This document shows, piece by piece, positions 28,249 to 37,347 of a DNA stretch of 64,000 bases; position 1 is the first letter of the stretch, and every line of letters starts with the position of its first letter. The notes below the pieces were generated by a model. The model made no database searches. It saw only the letters and a list, made by a program, of their open reading frames with translations, and was not told the DNA's origin. Source of the stretch: Nanobdellota archaeon. GTDB taxonomy: Archaea; Nanobdellota; Nanobdellia; Pacearchaeales; GW2011-AR1. Both the position numbers and the translations under genes were made by a program. The DNA lies in NCBI GenBank assembly GCA_038046005.1, contig JBBSXB010000001.1:107213-171212 (forward strand), read 5' to 3'.

Positions 28249-29433
28249 TCAAAACAAATACAAAATTATTGTTGGAATCAACAAACAGGCCATCATATTT
28301 GTCCTCCTTACCCCTAAAGAAATGCAGTAAAATCCCGTTAAAGTTGAAATTATGAAAATAATAAGCCCCAGAAATCCGGAAAATAAAATTACTACTAAAG
28401 TTATAAATATTATAACAAAATATTGAAGTTTTGTATAATTTATTTTTGCAAATATTTTTATAAATCTTTTTGCCAAAAATGAAGTTAGAAAGAAAGATAT
28501 GACCCCCGCCATAAAGGATGTTGCAAGTATGAGAATCAAAATATTTTTATCTAAAGACCCAATAAGGTTGTTTATCGTTGCCGCAGAACCTGTTCTCATT
28601 TTATGAATAGTATATAGGGAGATAAAAGAAAAACCCATAACTAAAGTGTTGGTTGCTCCAATCAAAGTTAAAAATTCTTTTTTGTCAGAATTGACTATTG
28701 TGTTCCCAACGACTGCTGCTTGACTGCTTCCCAAGCCAGGAAGAAATCCGCAAAGAGGGGATGCAATCATCGTAGCTAATATTGGCTTTAAGAATTTTGG
28801 TTTTATTTTGGAAATTTTTTGCTTTGGAATTTTTACTTTTGTCTTGATTGATATCAATAATGAAGATGCCCCAAACAGCCCAGATAATAGCGGAAGCAAA
28901 GATTCTTTCATGTTTAAATTAAGAGTAATATAACCTAAAACTCCTGTGATGGCTATTACAAAAAATGCTAATACTTTTTTGCTTTCAGAAAAAATCATAA
29001 AGAAAACGACAAATATTAAAATGTAGGGAATAAAACTTTTTATTAGATTATATCCTTTTTCAACAAATAAAATCAAAGGAATAGAAGTCAATAACAACAA
29101 AAAAACTGCGATTAAACCTCCGTAAACTGCAAGCATTATGGCTTCATACCCATTCCCTTCTTTTAACAGTTCGTGCCCAGGCAAGACTGAAAGAGCAGTA
29201 TCTGTGTCGGGGCATCCCAAAAATACGGATGGAATAAAGTCTAAAAAAGTGTGGGCAATAGACATTGTTACAACAAATACTACAAGGTAGATGGGGTTTA
29301 TCGGAGAAAGAATGCCTATTGAGAGAGAAACAAGAATCGCGCCAACCAAGTTTATATGGATTCCGGGCAGTAAGCCCGTAATTGTGCCAGCAATAAGGCC
29401 TGCACTTAAAGCCAAAAATAATTCAATTAACAT
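28249..29433 (-). CDS. TctA/DUF112-family membrane protein
   Basis: GLLPGIHIN, FLDFIPSVFLG, SVLPGH. Confidence 0.85.
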   Translation of the reverse strand: MLIELFLALSAGLIAGTITGLLPGIHINLVGAILVSLSIGILSPINPIYLVVFVVTMSIAHTFLDFIPSVFLGCPDTDTALSVLPGHELLKEGNGYEAIMLAVYGGLIAVFLLLLTSIPLILFVEKGYNLIKSFIPYILIFVVFFMIFSESKKVLAFFVIAITGVLGYITLNLNMKESLLPLLSGLFGASSLLISIKTKVKIPKQKISKIKPKFLKPILATMIASPLCGFLPGLGSSQAAVVGNTIVNSDKKEFLTLIGATNTLVMGFSFISLYTIHKMRTGSAATINNLIGSLDKNILILILATSFMAGVISFFLTSFLAKRFIKIFAKINYTKLQYFVIIFITLVVILFSGFLGLIIFIISTLTGFYCISLGVRRTNMMACLLIPTIILYLF

Positions 29434-29516
29434 CTTATTTTAATTGTACTAGGCTTGTAATCCTTTAAAAAGATTAGTAACTTTTATAAATGGCTGTTAT
29501 ACTGGTAGGCTAGCAA

Positions 29517-30269
29517 ATGAAAACTCACAAATATCCCAAGATTGCTGTTGCCCAGATAAAGTATTTTGATATTTCTAGAAGAAATAATGTTGAAAAAATA
29601 AAAAAATATATCAGAAAAGCAAAGAAATTAAATGCAGATATTGTGTGTTTTCCAGAATCGTGTGTTCACAAAACCGAAACCCTTTATTTTAATGACACTT
29701 TGATCAGAGAAATAAAAGAGGAGTGCAAAAAAAATTCTATTTGGTGTATAATCACTGAAGATTTGGAAATAAGAAAGAAAAAGTATAATACTTCTATCCT
29801 GATAGACCGGGAAGGAAACATAAAGGGGAACTATAAAAAAATACATCTTTATGGAGACAAAGTTGATGCGGGCTCGAGAGTTAAAATTTTTGATACTGAT
29901 TTTGCTAAAATTGGAATTGTCATATGCTGGGATTTAGCATTTCCTCAGATGTTTAGGAAGCTAAAACAAGCTGGGGCAGAAATAGTCTTTTGTCCCTCAC
30001 AATGGGAATATGAATCCAGGGCCCACAAGGAAAAACCTAAAGCAATGGAAGAAAAACTTTTAGAGTCTGTAATTATGACCAGAGCTTTTGAAAATATCTA
30101 TTTTGTAGCGTTATGCAACCCCGTAATGGACTCTAAGTTTCAAGTTTCATATTCAGCTATAGCAGGCCCCCACAAAATTCTTAAAAAAATTGTTGGCAAA
30201 GAAGGGTTAATAGTGGCTAAGATAAACCTCGATGAGATAAAAAGGGTTGAAAAAATTTATAATAGTTAA
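29517..30269 (+). CDS. Carbon-nitrogen hydrolase (nitrilase family)
   Basis: E-K-C triad: FPE, YKKIHL, ICWD. Confidence 0.92.
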   Translation: MKTHKYPKIAVAQIKYFDISRRNNVEKIKKYIRKAKKLNADIVCFPESCVHKTETLYFNDTLIREIKEECKKNSIWCIITEDLEIRKKKYNTSILIDREGNIKGNYKKIHLYGDKVDAGSRVKIFDTDFAKIGIVICWDLAFPQMFRKLKQAGAEIVFCPSQWEYESRAHKEKPKAMEEKLLESVIMTRAFENIYFVALCNPVMDSKFQVSYSAIAGPHKILKKIVGKEGLIVAKINLDEIKRVEKIYNS

Positions 30270-31114
30270 TTTCTAGCTTCTTTCTTAAGAAAATCCAGGA
30301 CTTTGCCAAGTATCTTCTCCCTTTCCGATTCAAAAAAATCAAAACCTGGGGCAGAGTTTATTTCAAGTGCAAGCCATTGGCCGTCTTTTTTTAAAAAATC
30401 AATCCCACAAATTTTTATTTTTGAAATTTTATTTATTTTTTTTATAATATCATTTAATTTTTTGTCTATCTTAAATTTTTTAATTATTTTTGCATAAACT
30501 CCTGTTGCTTTCCACCCTTTGCTTTGTTTTAAAGCTGTTTGGACAATTTGATTGTTTATAAGTGTGACTCTGTAACTGGGTGATTTTATGAATTCTTGGG
30601 CAATTATAGGTATGGATGAATTCTTTTTACCCCATTTTTTAATTATTTTTATTGATTCCGCTATAGTCTCTGTCTTTTCCACAAATTCTCCGCACGTTCC
30701 TTCAACCCTTTTTAGGACCACTGGCCATTTATCAAAATTCTTTAGTTCTCCCTTTACTATGTTCAAATCATCCGAAAGAAGTATTGTTTCTGGTGTAGGA
30801 ATTCCATGTTCTTTGCATTTTAAATAAAAAATCCATTTATCTTCGTTGGTGTAATGTGTTCTTGTCGTGTCTATAACCTTTTTCCCAAGCTCTTCAATTG
30901 TTTTTTCAAATTCAATTGAGAAATCTTCGGCACTATTGTTGTATATTACCTCACATTTTTTTATTTTTTCTTTTAATTTTCCTTCATCTAAATCTCTTTC
31001 CAAATCAAGAAAAACCATCTCAATATTTTTTTTCTTTGAGAGCTTAATAAACATTTCCTCGTCTTCTCCCAAATATTTTCCTTTGAATATACATCCAATC
31101 ACTACTTTTTTCAT
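30266..31114 (-). CDS. RimK-like ATP-grasp ligase
   Basis: IPTPET, PVVLK, QEFI, GIDF, LEINSAPG. Confidence 0.88.
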   Translation of the reverse strand: MKKVVIGCIFKGKYLGEDEEMFIKLSKKKNIEMVFLDLERDLDEGKLKEKIKKCEVIYNNSAEDFSIEFEKTIEELGKKVIDTTRTHYTNEDKWIFYLKCKEHGIPTPETILLSDDLNIVKGELKNFDKWPVVLKRVEGTCGEFVEKTETIAESIKIIKKWGKKNSSIPIIAQEFIKSPSYRVTLINNQIVQTALKQSKGWKATGVYAKIIKKFKIDKKLNDIIKKINKISKIKICGIDFLKKDGQWLALEINSAPGFDFFESEREKILGKVLDFLKKEARN

Positions 31115-31131
31115 AATTATTTTGTAAAATT

Positions 31132-31932
31132 TTAAATATAAGGCGAAATATAAACTTCAATCAGGCCGGCTAATATCAATATAAAAATAGAAATTGCTAT
31201 AAGGATAAGGACGTCTATCATAAGCTTTTTCTTCTTTTCTTCAGTTTTTAAATTTCCTTTCCAAATTGCAGAGTATATTAATCCCCCAGCAAGAGCCGTC
31301 ATCAAATATGCCAACATTTCAGGTATTCCATGGACAAAATATTTTGCAAACGAAATTGGCAATGCTGTGATTCCTAAAGTGTTTCTTGCAAGATTTCCAA
31401 TTACAAAACCCATAACACTCGCGTTCCAAACCAAGACATATATTGCCCCTGCTCCATAAAACAAAGCGAAAATTAATGATATTAGAAGGACCTTAATATT
31501 ATTGAAAAGAATTGCCAAGAATGTGGAAGATGATGAGAATGATCCGACTATCGCTGCTCTTATTCCCTCCACTGTCGTTTCTTGGAATGAGAAAATGCTT
31601 GAGACTTTATCTACTGGAAGCAAAAAACTCCATAATGTGAATGAAATGGTAAACCCTAAGAATAAAAATAACAACAAGTAAATGAGCTTAGAATGTTCTT
31701 TCAGAAGGGATTTTTCTGACCTATTTGCTTCTTTTTTCTCCTCTATATTTATTGCGCTTTGAATCAAGTAAAGACAGGAGAACACTGTGAGAAATATCAT
31801 CGCTATTGATGCATAATTTGGAAATATCCATAGTGCAAAGAGTATGGAAAATGAAGAGTAGACTATAGCTATAAAGAGAACTTCTAGAGGATGTCTTTCG
31901 GCTTTTTTAGGATTGAAAATTAGTCTTAGCAT
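31132..31932 (-). CDS. SpoIIM/DUF95-family membrane protein
   Basis: ILFNN, WNASVMG, HGIPE, AGLIE. Confidence 0.85.
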   Translation of the reverse strand: MLRLIFNPKKAERHPLEVLFIAIVYSSFSILFALWIFPNYASIAMIFLTVFSCLYLIQSAINIEEKKEANRSEKSLLKEHSKLIYLLLFLFLGFTISFTLWSFLLPVDKVSSIFSFQETTVEGIRAAIVGSFSSSSTFLAILFNNIKVLLISLIFALFYGAGAIYVLVWNASVMGFVIGNLARNTLGITALPISFAKYFVHGIPEMLAYLMTALAGGLIYSAIWKGNLKTEEKKKKLMIDVLILIAISIFILILAGLIEVYISPYI

Positions 31933-32006
31933 AATTTAAAACAGAAAAGAAAATTTATAATTGTTTGGGTGGAAAGTTTTAATAACTAAAAAGAGTTATT
32001 TTGTTT

Positions 32007-32972
32007 ATGGTGCTGAATAATGAAGAAAAGCTTGAATTAATCAAAAAAAATACTGAGGAAATAGTCAGTTTTGATGCTTTGAGAGAAATTTTGAAAAAGA
32101 AAAAAAATCCCAGGGTTTACTGCGGCTATGAACCTAATGGGCCTTTGCATCTTGGTCATTTTGTCACGATAACTAAATTGATGGACATGCAGAAAGCAGG
32201 TTTTGATGTTGTTATTTTACTGGCAGACATTCATGCCTTGCTCAACAGAAAGGGGCAAGAAGGCGAAATAAAAAAAGAAGTGGAGAATTGGAAAAAAACT
32301 TTGAAAGCAATTGGCGTTAAAGCAGAAATTGTTCTTGGCAGTGATTTTCAGTTCAATAAAGATTATCAGTTAGATGTCATGAAACTTGCACAAAATTCTA
32401 CAATCAACAGAGGATTGAGGAGCATGCAGGAAATTGCAAGAGATGTCGAGAATGCAACAATTTCTCAGTTATGGTATCCTCTGATGCAGGTAGCTGACAT
32501 TAAACACCTGAAAGTTGATGTTGCTTTGGGTGGCTTAGAACAAAGGAAGATTCACATGATGGCTAAAGATATGGCAAAGACTTTGAATTATGAGTTTGTT
32601 GCCTTGCATACTCCATTAATAACTTCTCTGAAAGGACCTGGGCAAAAAATGTCAAAGAGCGTTCAAGGATCAGGAATTAGTGTTACTGATTCACTTGATG
32701 AAATTAAAAAAACAATAAAAGACGCATATTGCCCAGAAAAAGAAATTAAAGACAATCCTATCTTGCAAATGTCAAGATTGATAATCTTCCCAAGGTTTGA
32801 AAGTTTTGAAGTTAAAAGACCTGAAAAGTTTGGGGGGAATTTGGACTTTAAAAATTATGAAGAATTGGAAAATATTTACGGCCATGGAAAATTACATCCT
32901 CTTGATTTGAAGAATGCAGTCGTAGATTATCTTTGGAAGATAATTGAGCCTATAAGAAAGAAGTGGGTGTGA
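32007..32972 (+). CDS. tyrS: Tyrosyl-tRNA synthetase (archaeal type)
   Basis: YCGYEP, HLGH, YPLMQVAD, KMSKS, LHPLDLK. Confidence 0.96.
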   Translation: MVLNNEEKLELIKKNTEEIVSFDALREILKKKKNPRVYCGYEPNGPLHLGHFVTITKLMDMQKAGFDVVILLADIHALLNRKGQEGEIKKEVENWKKTLKAIGVKAEIVLGSDFQFNKDYQLDVMKLAQNSTINRGLRSMQEIARDVENATISQLWYPLMQVADIKHLKVDVALGGLEQRKIHMMAKDMAKTLNYEFVALHTPLITSLKGPGQKMSKSVQGSGISVTDSLDEIKKTIKDAYCPEKEIKDNPILQMSRLIIFPRFESFEVKRPEKFGGNLDFKNYEELENIYGHGKLHPLDLKNAVVDYLWKIIEPIRKKWV

Positions 32973-33887
32973 TTATCTAGTCTTAAATTCAACAACATCC
33001 AAGTCTTTTAGTTCATGATTCAATGAAACTTTTTGGCCTGGGAATTTTGAGCTTGGCCCCCATATCTTTGTTTCCTTTATTTTTGAGGCAAATCCTTTGA
33101 ATATTTTTTCAGCTATGTTTTTTATTGTTGAGCCCGGCCTAAGAATTATTGGATTGTTTGACTTCTCTTTTCCCGGCTCTTTTGTGAAAACTCTTATCCT
33201 GTCAAAACTTAAAAATAATTTTTCTTTTAGCTCATTTATTCCTTCTTTGGTTTCTGTTGATATCATAACAAAATTGTATTTCTTGCTTTGCAAGTTTGCA
33301 TAGATTCTTCTTTTTTCTTCGTTGTTTAATAAGTCTGTCTTATTGAAAGCTATGATTTTTTTACCTGGAATATTCTCCATCAAATCTTGTATTTTTTGGA
33401 TCTGGGATAAACTTTCTATTAAAATTATTATGGAATCTGCAATATGTGTTATGCTTCTGTCATAAAATTCCGACTCTATTGCGGGAATTTCAACAAGCTG
33501 AATTTGTATCCCCTGATATGACATCATTCCCACTATTGGTTCTCTTGTTGCAAATTCAATTCCCGATATCTTTGGATTAGCATTGGTCAACAAAGAAAGC
33601 AATGAAGATTTTCCGGAGTTTGTGAAGCCGATTATTGCGGCCTGCATCTCTTCTTTTTTGATTCCTGGTTTTTTGGAGCCTTTAGAAGTTTTTCTTTGGG
33701 AAGCTATTTTTTCTTTTAGCTTTACGTATCTTGTTTTAAGATTAGCAAGCATTTTTTCAGATGATTTATGTTTAGGACATTCCCGCATCATTTCTTCAAG
33801 CCACTTTAATTTATCTTCATTAGTCTTAGAGTTTAAGAATTTTAACTCTGCCTGTTTGTAGAATGGGGACTGATTTGTTGATGCCAT
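32973..33887 (-). CDS. DRG/OBG-family GTPase with TGS domain
   Basis: GFTNSGKSS, NKTD, TKEPGK, HELKDLDVVE. Confidence 0.9.
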   Translation of the reverse strand: MASTNQSPFYKQAELKFLNSKTNEDKLKWLEEMMRECPKHKSSEKMLANLKTRYVKLKEKIASQRKTSKGSKKPGIKKEEMQAAIIGFTNSGKSSLLSLLTNANPKISGIEFATREPIVGMMSYQGIQIQLVEIPAIESEFYDRSITHIADSIIILIESLSQIQKIQDLMENIPGKKIIAFNKTDLLNNEEKRRIYANLQSKKYNFVMISTETKEGINELKEKLFLSFDRIRVFTKEPGKEKSNNPIILRPGSTIKNIAEKIFKGFASKIKETKIWGPSSKFPGQKVSLNHELKDLDVVEFKTR

Positions 33888-33939
33888 CTTGGTTTTGTAT
33901 ATAATTTATAAATAATCATTGATTAAAAATTTTGTTAAT

Positions 33940-34710
33940 ATGGAAAAAGATGAAATAATCAAAGAAATCATGAAGAAAAGAGAGTTTTCACAACTTCCCA
34001 TTAAAGATGTTGGAGTAGCTTACTCTATCTTTGAGAGAAGACAGGTTGGTGAGGAAGAAAAAATAAGACTTACTAGGGAGTTTTTGCATAAGATTTTTGG
34101 AGCTTTTTTAAGTAAAAAGCTTTTATCCTTAAAAGATAAAGATTCAGACTGGATTTTGAGAAAACATCTTTCAACTAGAGAAAGGTTACCTTATTATGGG
34201 GAGTTGTATAACAGGATTTTTAAGAATTTTAATGAAAAAAATATAACAATTTTTGATCTAGGTGCTGGAATTAATGGGTTTAGCTATAATTATTTTGGCC
34301 ATAAAGTAAGATATATTGGGGTTGAGGCTGTTGGGCAGTTAGTTGACTTAATGAACTATCATTTCAAGAAAGAAAAATTAAATGCTTCAGCGATTCATGA
34401 AAGCTTATTTGAATTAGAGAAAATAAAAAAAACAATTTCAATGCAAAAAGGAAAGAAAATTGTGTTTTTGTTCAAAGTTCTAGATGCTTTGGAAGAATTT
34501 GAAATAGATTATTCTAAAAAACTTCTAAAAGAAATCACTCCTTTAGTTGATATGGTTGTTGTTAGTTTTGCAACAAGAAGCATGATGGCTAAAAAGAAGT
34601 TTAAAGTTAACAGGAATTGGATATTTGATTTCATAAAACAGGAATTCAATGTTTTGGATGATTTTGGGCTGGGTGGGGAAAGATATATTGTTTTTGGGAA
34701 ACAGATTTAA
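33940..34710 (+). CDS. ArmA/Rmt/FmrO-family rRNA methyltransferase homolog
   Basis: HLSTRERL, DLGAGING, LFKVLDALE, VVVSFATRS. Confidence 0.75.
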   Translation: MEKDEIIKEIMKKREFSQLPIKDVGVAYSIFERRQVGEEEKIRLTREFLHKIFGAFLSKKLLSLKDKDSDWILRKHLSTRERLPYYGELYNRIFKNFNEKNITIFDLGAGINGFSYNYFGHKVRYIGVEAVGQLVDLMNYHFKKEKLNASAIHESLFELEKIKKTISMQKGKKIVFLFKVLDALEEFEIDYSKKLLKEITPLVDMVVVSFATRSMMAKKKFKVNRNWIFDFIKQEFNVLDDFGLGGERYIVFGKQI

Positions 34711-34734
34711 AAACTTGATTTGATTCTATGAATC

Positions 34735-35940
34735 ATGAAACCAAAATTTTTCAGAAAAGTCTTGAAAAATGGAATGACTGTGCTTTTTGAAAAAAGAGAG
34801 CTTCCTGTTGTCAGCGTTGCCTTTGCAGTTAGATGCGGAGGAATCAATGAAGATGCCAAAGAAAAAGGAATATCTCACTTTATTGAACATATGCTTTACA
34901 AAGGAACTCCTACCAGAAATGCAAGCCAGATTTCCACTGAAATAGAAAAAAATGGAGGAGTTCTGAATGGTTTTACTTCTGAAACCATTACTGCTTACTG
35001 GTGCAAGATGCCTTCAAATAAAATAAATGTCGCTTTAGATGTTTTGAGTGATATGGTAAAAAATCCGCTATTTAATGAGGCAGAAATGAATAAAGAAAGA
35101 AAAGTTATTTTTGAGGAAATAAAAATGAGAAAAGACAATCCCAGAATTCATGTTGATGATAGGATACAAAATTTTCTCTATGATGCCCCTTTAGGAATTG
35201 ATTTAATCGGGACCCATGAAACCATGAATCCAATAAACCGAGAGAAAATGCTGAAGAGGTTTAATGAAGTTTACAATCCAAATAACATGATTCTTTGTGT
35301 TGTTGGGGATGCTGATTTTGAAAAACTTGTTGAGTTTTCTGAAAAAAACTTTAATAATAAAGCAGGAAAAATTCCTGAGTATAAAGTAAAGAAAAAAAAT
35401 AATTCTGCAGTAGAAAAAAGAAAAGGATTGGACCAGGCTAATGTTGTTTTTGCTTATCATGCCCCATTGTCAAATGATAAAAAAAGCTATGCTGCGAGAG
35501 TCTTAAGCGCCGTTCTTGCAGAGGGAATGTCCTCCAGACTATTTTCAGAGATAAGGGAAAAAAGAAATCTGGCCTATTCTATTTCTGGAGAGGCTACTTC
35601 ATGCAAATATTTTTCATACAATAAAATTTATGCTGGAACCCAGAAAGAAAATATTGGTAAAGTCAAAGAGTTAATTCTTGAAGAGTTTAAAAAAGTTGGG
35701 GCTGGATTGGAAGAAAAAGAGTTGAGAAGCATTAAAGAGCAGTTAATTGGAAATTATAACATTGCGATGGAGGAATCTGTCTCTCAAATGGCTAATCTTC
35801 TTTACTATGAGGCTGATGGAAATGCACAAGAATTTTATGAATTTGAAAAGAACATAAAAGAAGTCAAGCTGGAAGATGTGAAAGAGCTGGCAAAAAAAGC
35901 CATTAAAGAATACAGCTTTTTTGCGTTGGTGCCTGAGTAA
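34735..35940 (+). CDS. M16 family zinc peptidase
   Basis: HFIEH inverted zinc motif, NGFTS, SSRLFSEIREK. Confidence 0.95.
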   Translation: MKPKFFRKVLKNGMTVLFEKRELPVVSVAFAVRCGGINEDAKEKGISHFIEHMLYKGTPTRNASQISTEIEKNGGVLNGFTSETITAYWCKMPSNKINVALDVLSDMVKNPLFNEAEMNKERKVIFEEIKMRKDNPRIHVDDRIQNFLYDAPLGIDLIGTHETMNPINREKMLKRFNEVYNPNNMILCVVGDADFEKLVEFSEKNFNNKAGKIPEYKVKKKNNSAVEKRKGLDQANVVFAYHAPLSNDKKSYAARVLSAVLAEGMSSRLFSEIREKRNLAYSISGEATSCKYFSYNKIYAGTQKENIGKVKELILEEFKKVGAGLEEKELRSIKEQLIGNYNIAMEESVSQMANLLYYEADGNAQEFYEFEKNIKEVKLEDVKELAKKAIKEYSFFALVPE

Positions 35941-35958
35941 GTTTTATAGAAAAGTTTA
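35918..35958 (+). repeat. 41-bp direct repeat, copy 1 (peptidase 3' end plus promoter)
   Basis: TTTTTGCGTTGGTGCCTGAGTAAGTTTTATAGAAAAGTTTA. Confidence 0.92.
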
Positions 35959-35986
35959 TAAGTAAGGAAATTCTTACTCTGTTATT

Positions 35987-36220
35987 ATGGAAGTAAAAAT
36001 AATAAAAGTTACGGATAAGGGGCAGATCTCTTTACCAATTGGAATGAGAGAATCTTTGAAGATTAACAATGGTGATGAATTAATCATTGCAAAAAATGAA
36101 GATTCAATTGTAATTAAAAAAATTAGGAGATCTGATTTTTCAGATTTATTAAAACACTCTGAGAAAGTTGCAAAAAAACTTTGGAGTAATAAAGAAGATG
36201 AAATCTGGAATAACATATAA
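35987..36220 (+). CDS. AbrB/MazE-type antitoxin
   Basis: KVTDKGQISLP swapped-hairpin motif. Confidence 0.9.
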   Translation: MEVKIIKVTDKGQISLPIGMRESLKINNGDELIIAKNEDSIVIKKIRRSDFSDLLKHSEKVAKKLWSNKEDEIWNNI

Positions 36221-36545
36221 ACAAGGAGAGATATTAATAGTCCCATTTCCTTTTTCTGATTTAAGCAGCATTAAACAAAGGCCAGTTTTAGTCTTGTCAA
36301 AAAATGATTATAATGATAAATATGAAGATATTGTCACTTGCGGAATAACCTCTAATCTAAAAGATCCAAGTTTTTCTGTTTTAATTGACAATAACAGTTT
36401 AGATGAAGGAAGTGTTCCTGTGAAAAGCAGAATAAAAGCTGATAAGTTGTTTACAATTAATAAAGGTGTAATAAGGAAGAAGATTGGCAGGATTAATAAA
36501 GAAACTTTTTTAAGTGTTAAAAAAGAATTCTTGACACTAGTTTAA
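36198..36545 (+). CDS. PemK/MazF-type toxin
   Basis: QGEILIVPFPFSD, KQRPVLVLS, ITS. Confidence 0.92.
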   Translation: MKSGITYKQGEILIVPFPFSDLSSIKQRPVLVLSKNDYNDKYEDIVTCGITSNLKDPSFSVLIDNNSLDEGSVPVKSRIKADKLFTINKGVIRKKIGRINKETFLSVKKEFLTLV

Positions 36546-36557
36546 TTTTGAAAAAAC

Positions 36558-36598
36558 TTTTTGCGTTGGTGCCTGAGTAAGTTTTATAGAAAAGTTTA
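36558..36598 (+). repeat. 41-bp direct repeat, copy 2
   Basis: Identical to 35918-35958. Confidence 0.92.
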
Positions 36599-36626
36599 AA
36601 TATGTGTTTGTATTGCAAATATTACA

Positions 36627-36878
36627 ATGTCAGACATAACTATTTCAGTAAGAATTGACAAAAGCCTTTATGAAAAGATGAAACTTCATGAACATTTAAA
36701 CTGGAGTGCTCTGCTTAGGAGATATCTTTTGCAGCAAGTAGAAAAACTAGAAGAAATTGACACAGAAAAAGCAAAACAAGCTGCAGATATAATGGATAAA
36801 ATCCGCAAATTAAATGCTTTTGATAGGGGGAAATCTGGCACAGAGATAATAAGAGGATGGAGAAACAAAAGAAAGTAG
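36627..36878 (+). CDS. VapB-like ribbon-helix-helix antitoxin
   Basis: TISVRID...NWSALLR, TEIIRGWR; overlaps a PIN toxin. Confidence 0.85.
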   Translation: MSDITISVRIDKSLYEKMKLHEHLNWSALLRRYLLQQVEKLEEIDTEKAKQAADIMDKIRKLNAFDRGKSGTEIIRGWRNKRK

Positions 36879-37264
36879 TTGATGCTTCGGTAATTGTAAA
36901 ATGGTTTGTTAGTGAAAAGGATTCTGACAAGGCTGTAAAAATAAGGGATGAGCATGTTGCAGGAAAAACTCTTCTAATAGCCCCAGAATTAGCATTTATT
37001 GAAGTTCTCAATGCCTTAAAATACAAAGGAGTGAGCGAGGAAAAACTTCTTGAAGTTAATAAATCGCTTTGGGATTTACAATTAAAGATAGAGAATATTC
37101 GCGCTTCCTTACTAGATAAGGCAATCAATTGCTCTTTAAAAAATAAAATAACCCTTTATGATGCTATTTATGTGGTTTTGGCGCAAATGTTTGGCAGTGA
37201 ATTAATAACTGCAGATTCAGAGCTTTATAAAATTCCAAATGTTGTTCCTTTGGAAAAGGCCTAA
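36857..37264 (+). CDS. VapC PIN-domain toxin
   Basis: VVDASVIVKW, YDAIY, LITAD. Confidence 0.92.
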   Translation: MEKQKKVVDASVIVKWFVSEKDSDKAVKIRDEHVAGKTLLIAPELAFIEVLNALKYKGVSEEKLLEVNKSLWDLQLKIENIRASLLDKAINCSLKNKITLYDAIYVVLAQMFGSELITADSELYKIPNVVPLEKA

Positions 37265-37347
37265 GATTTTTTGTTACAACTTTTTTGCTCAAAATTTGCC
37301 CAGCTAAAAAAAAAAACATTTATATACTTTTAATTTGTAGATAAGTT

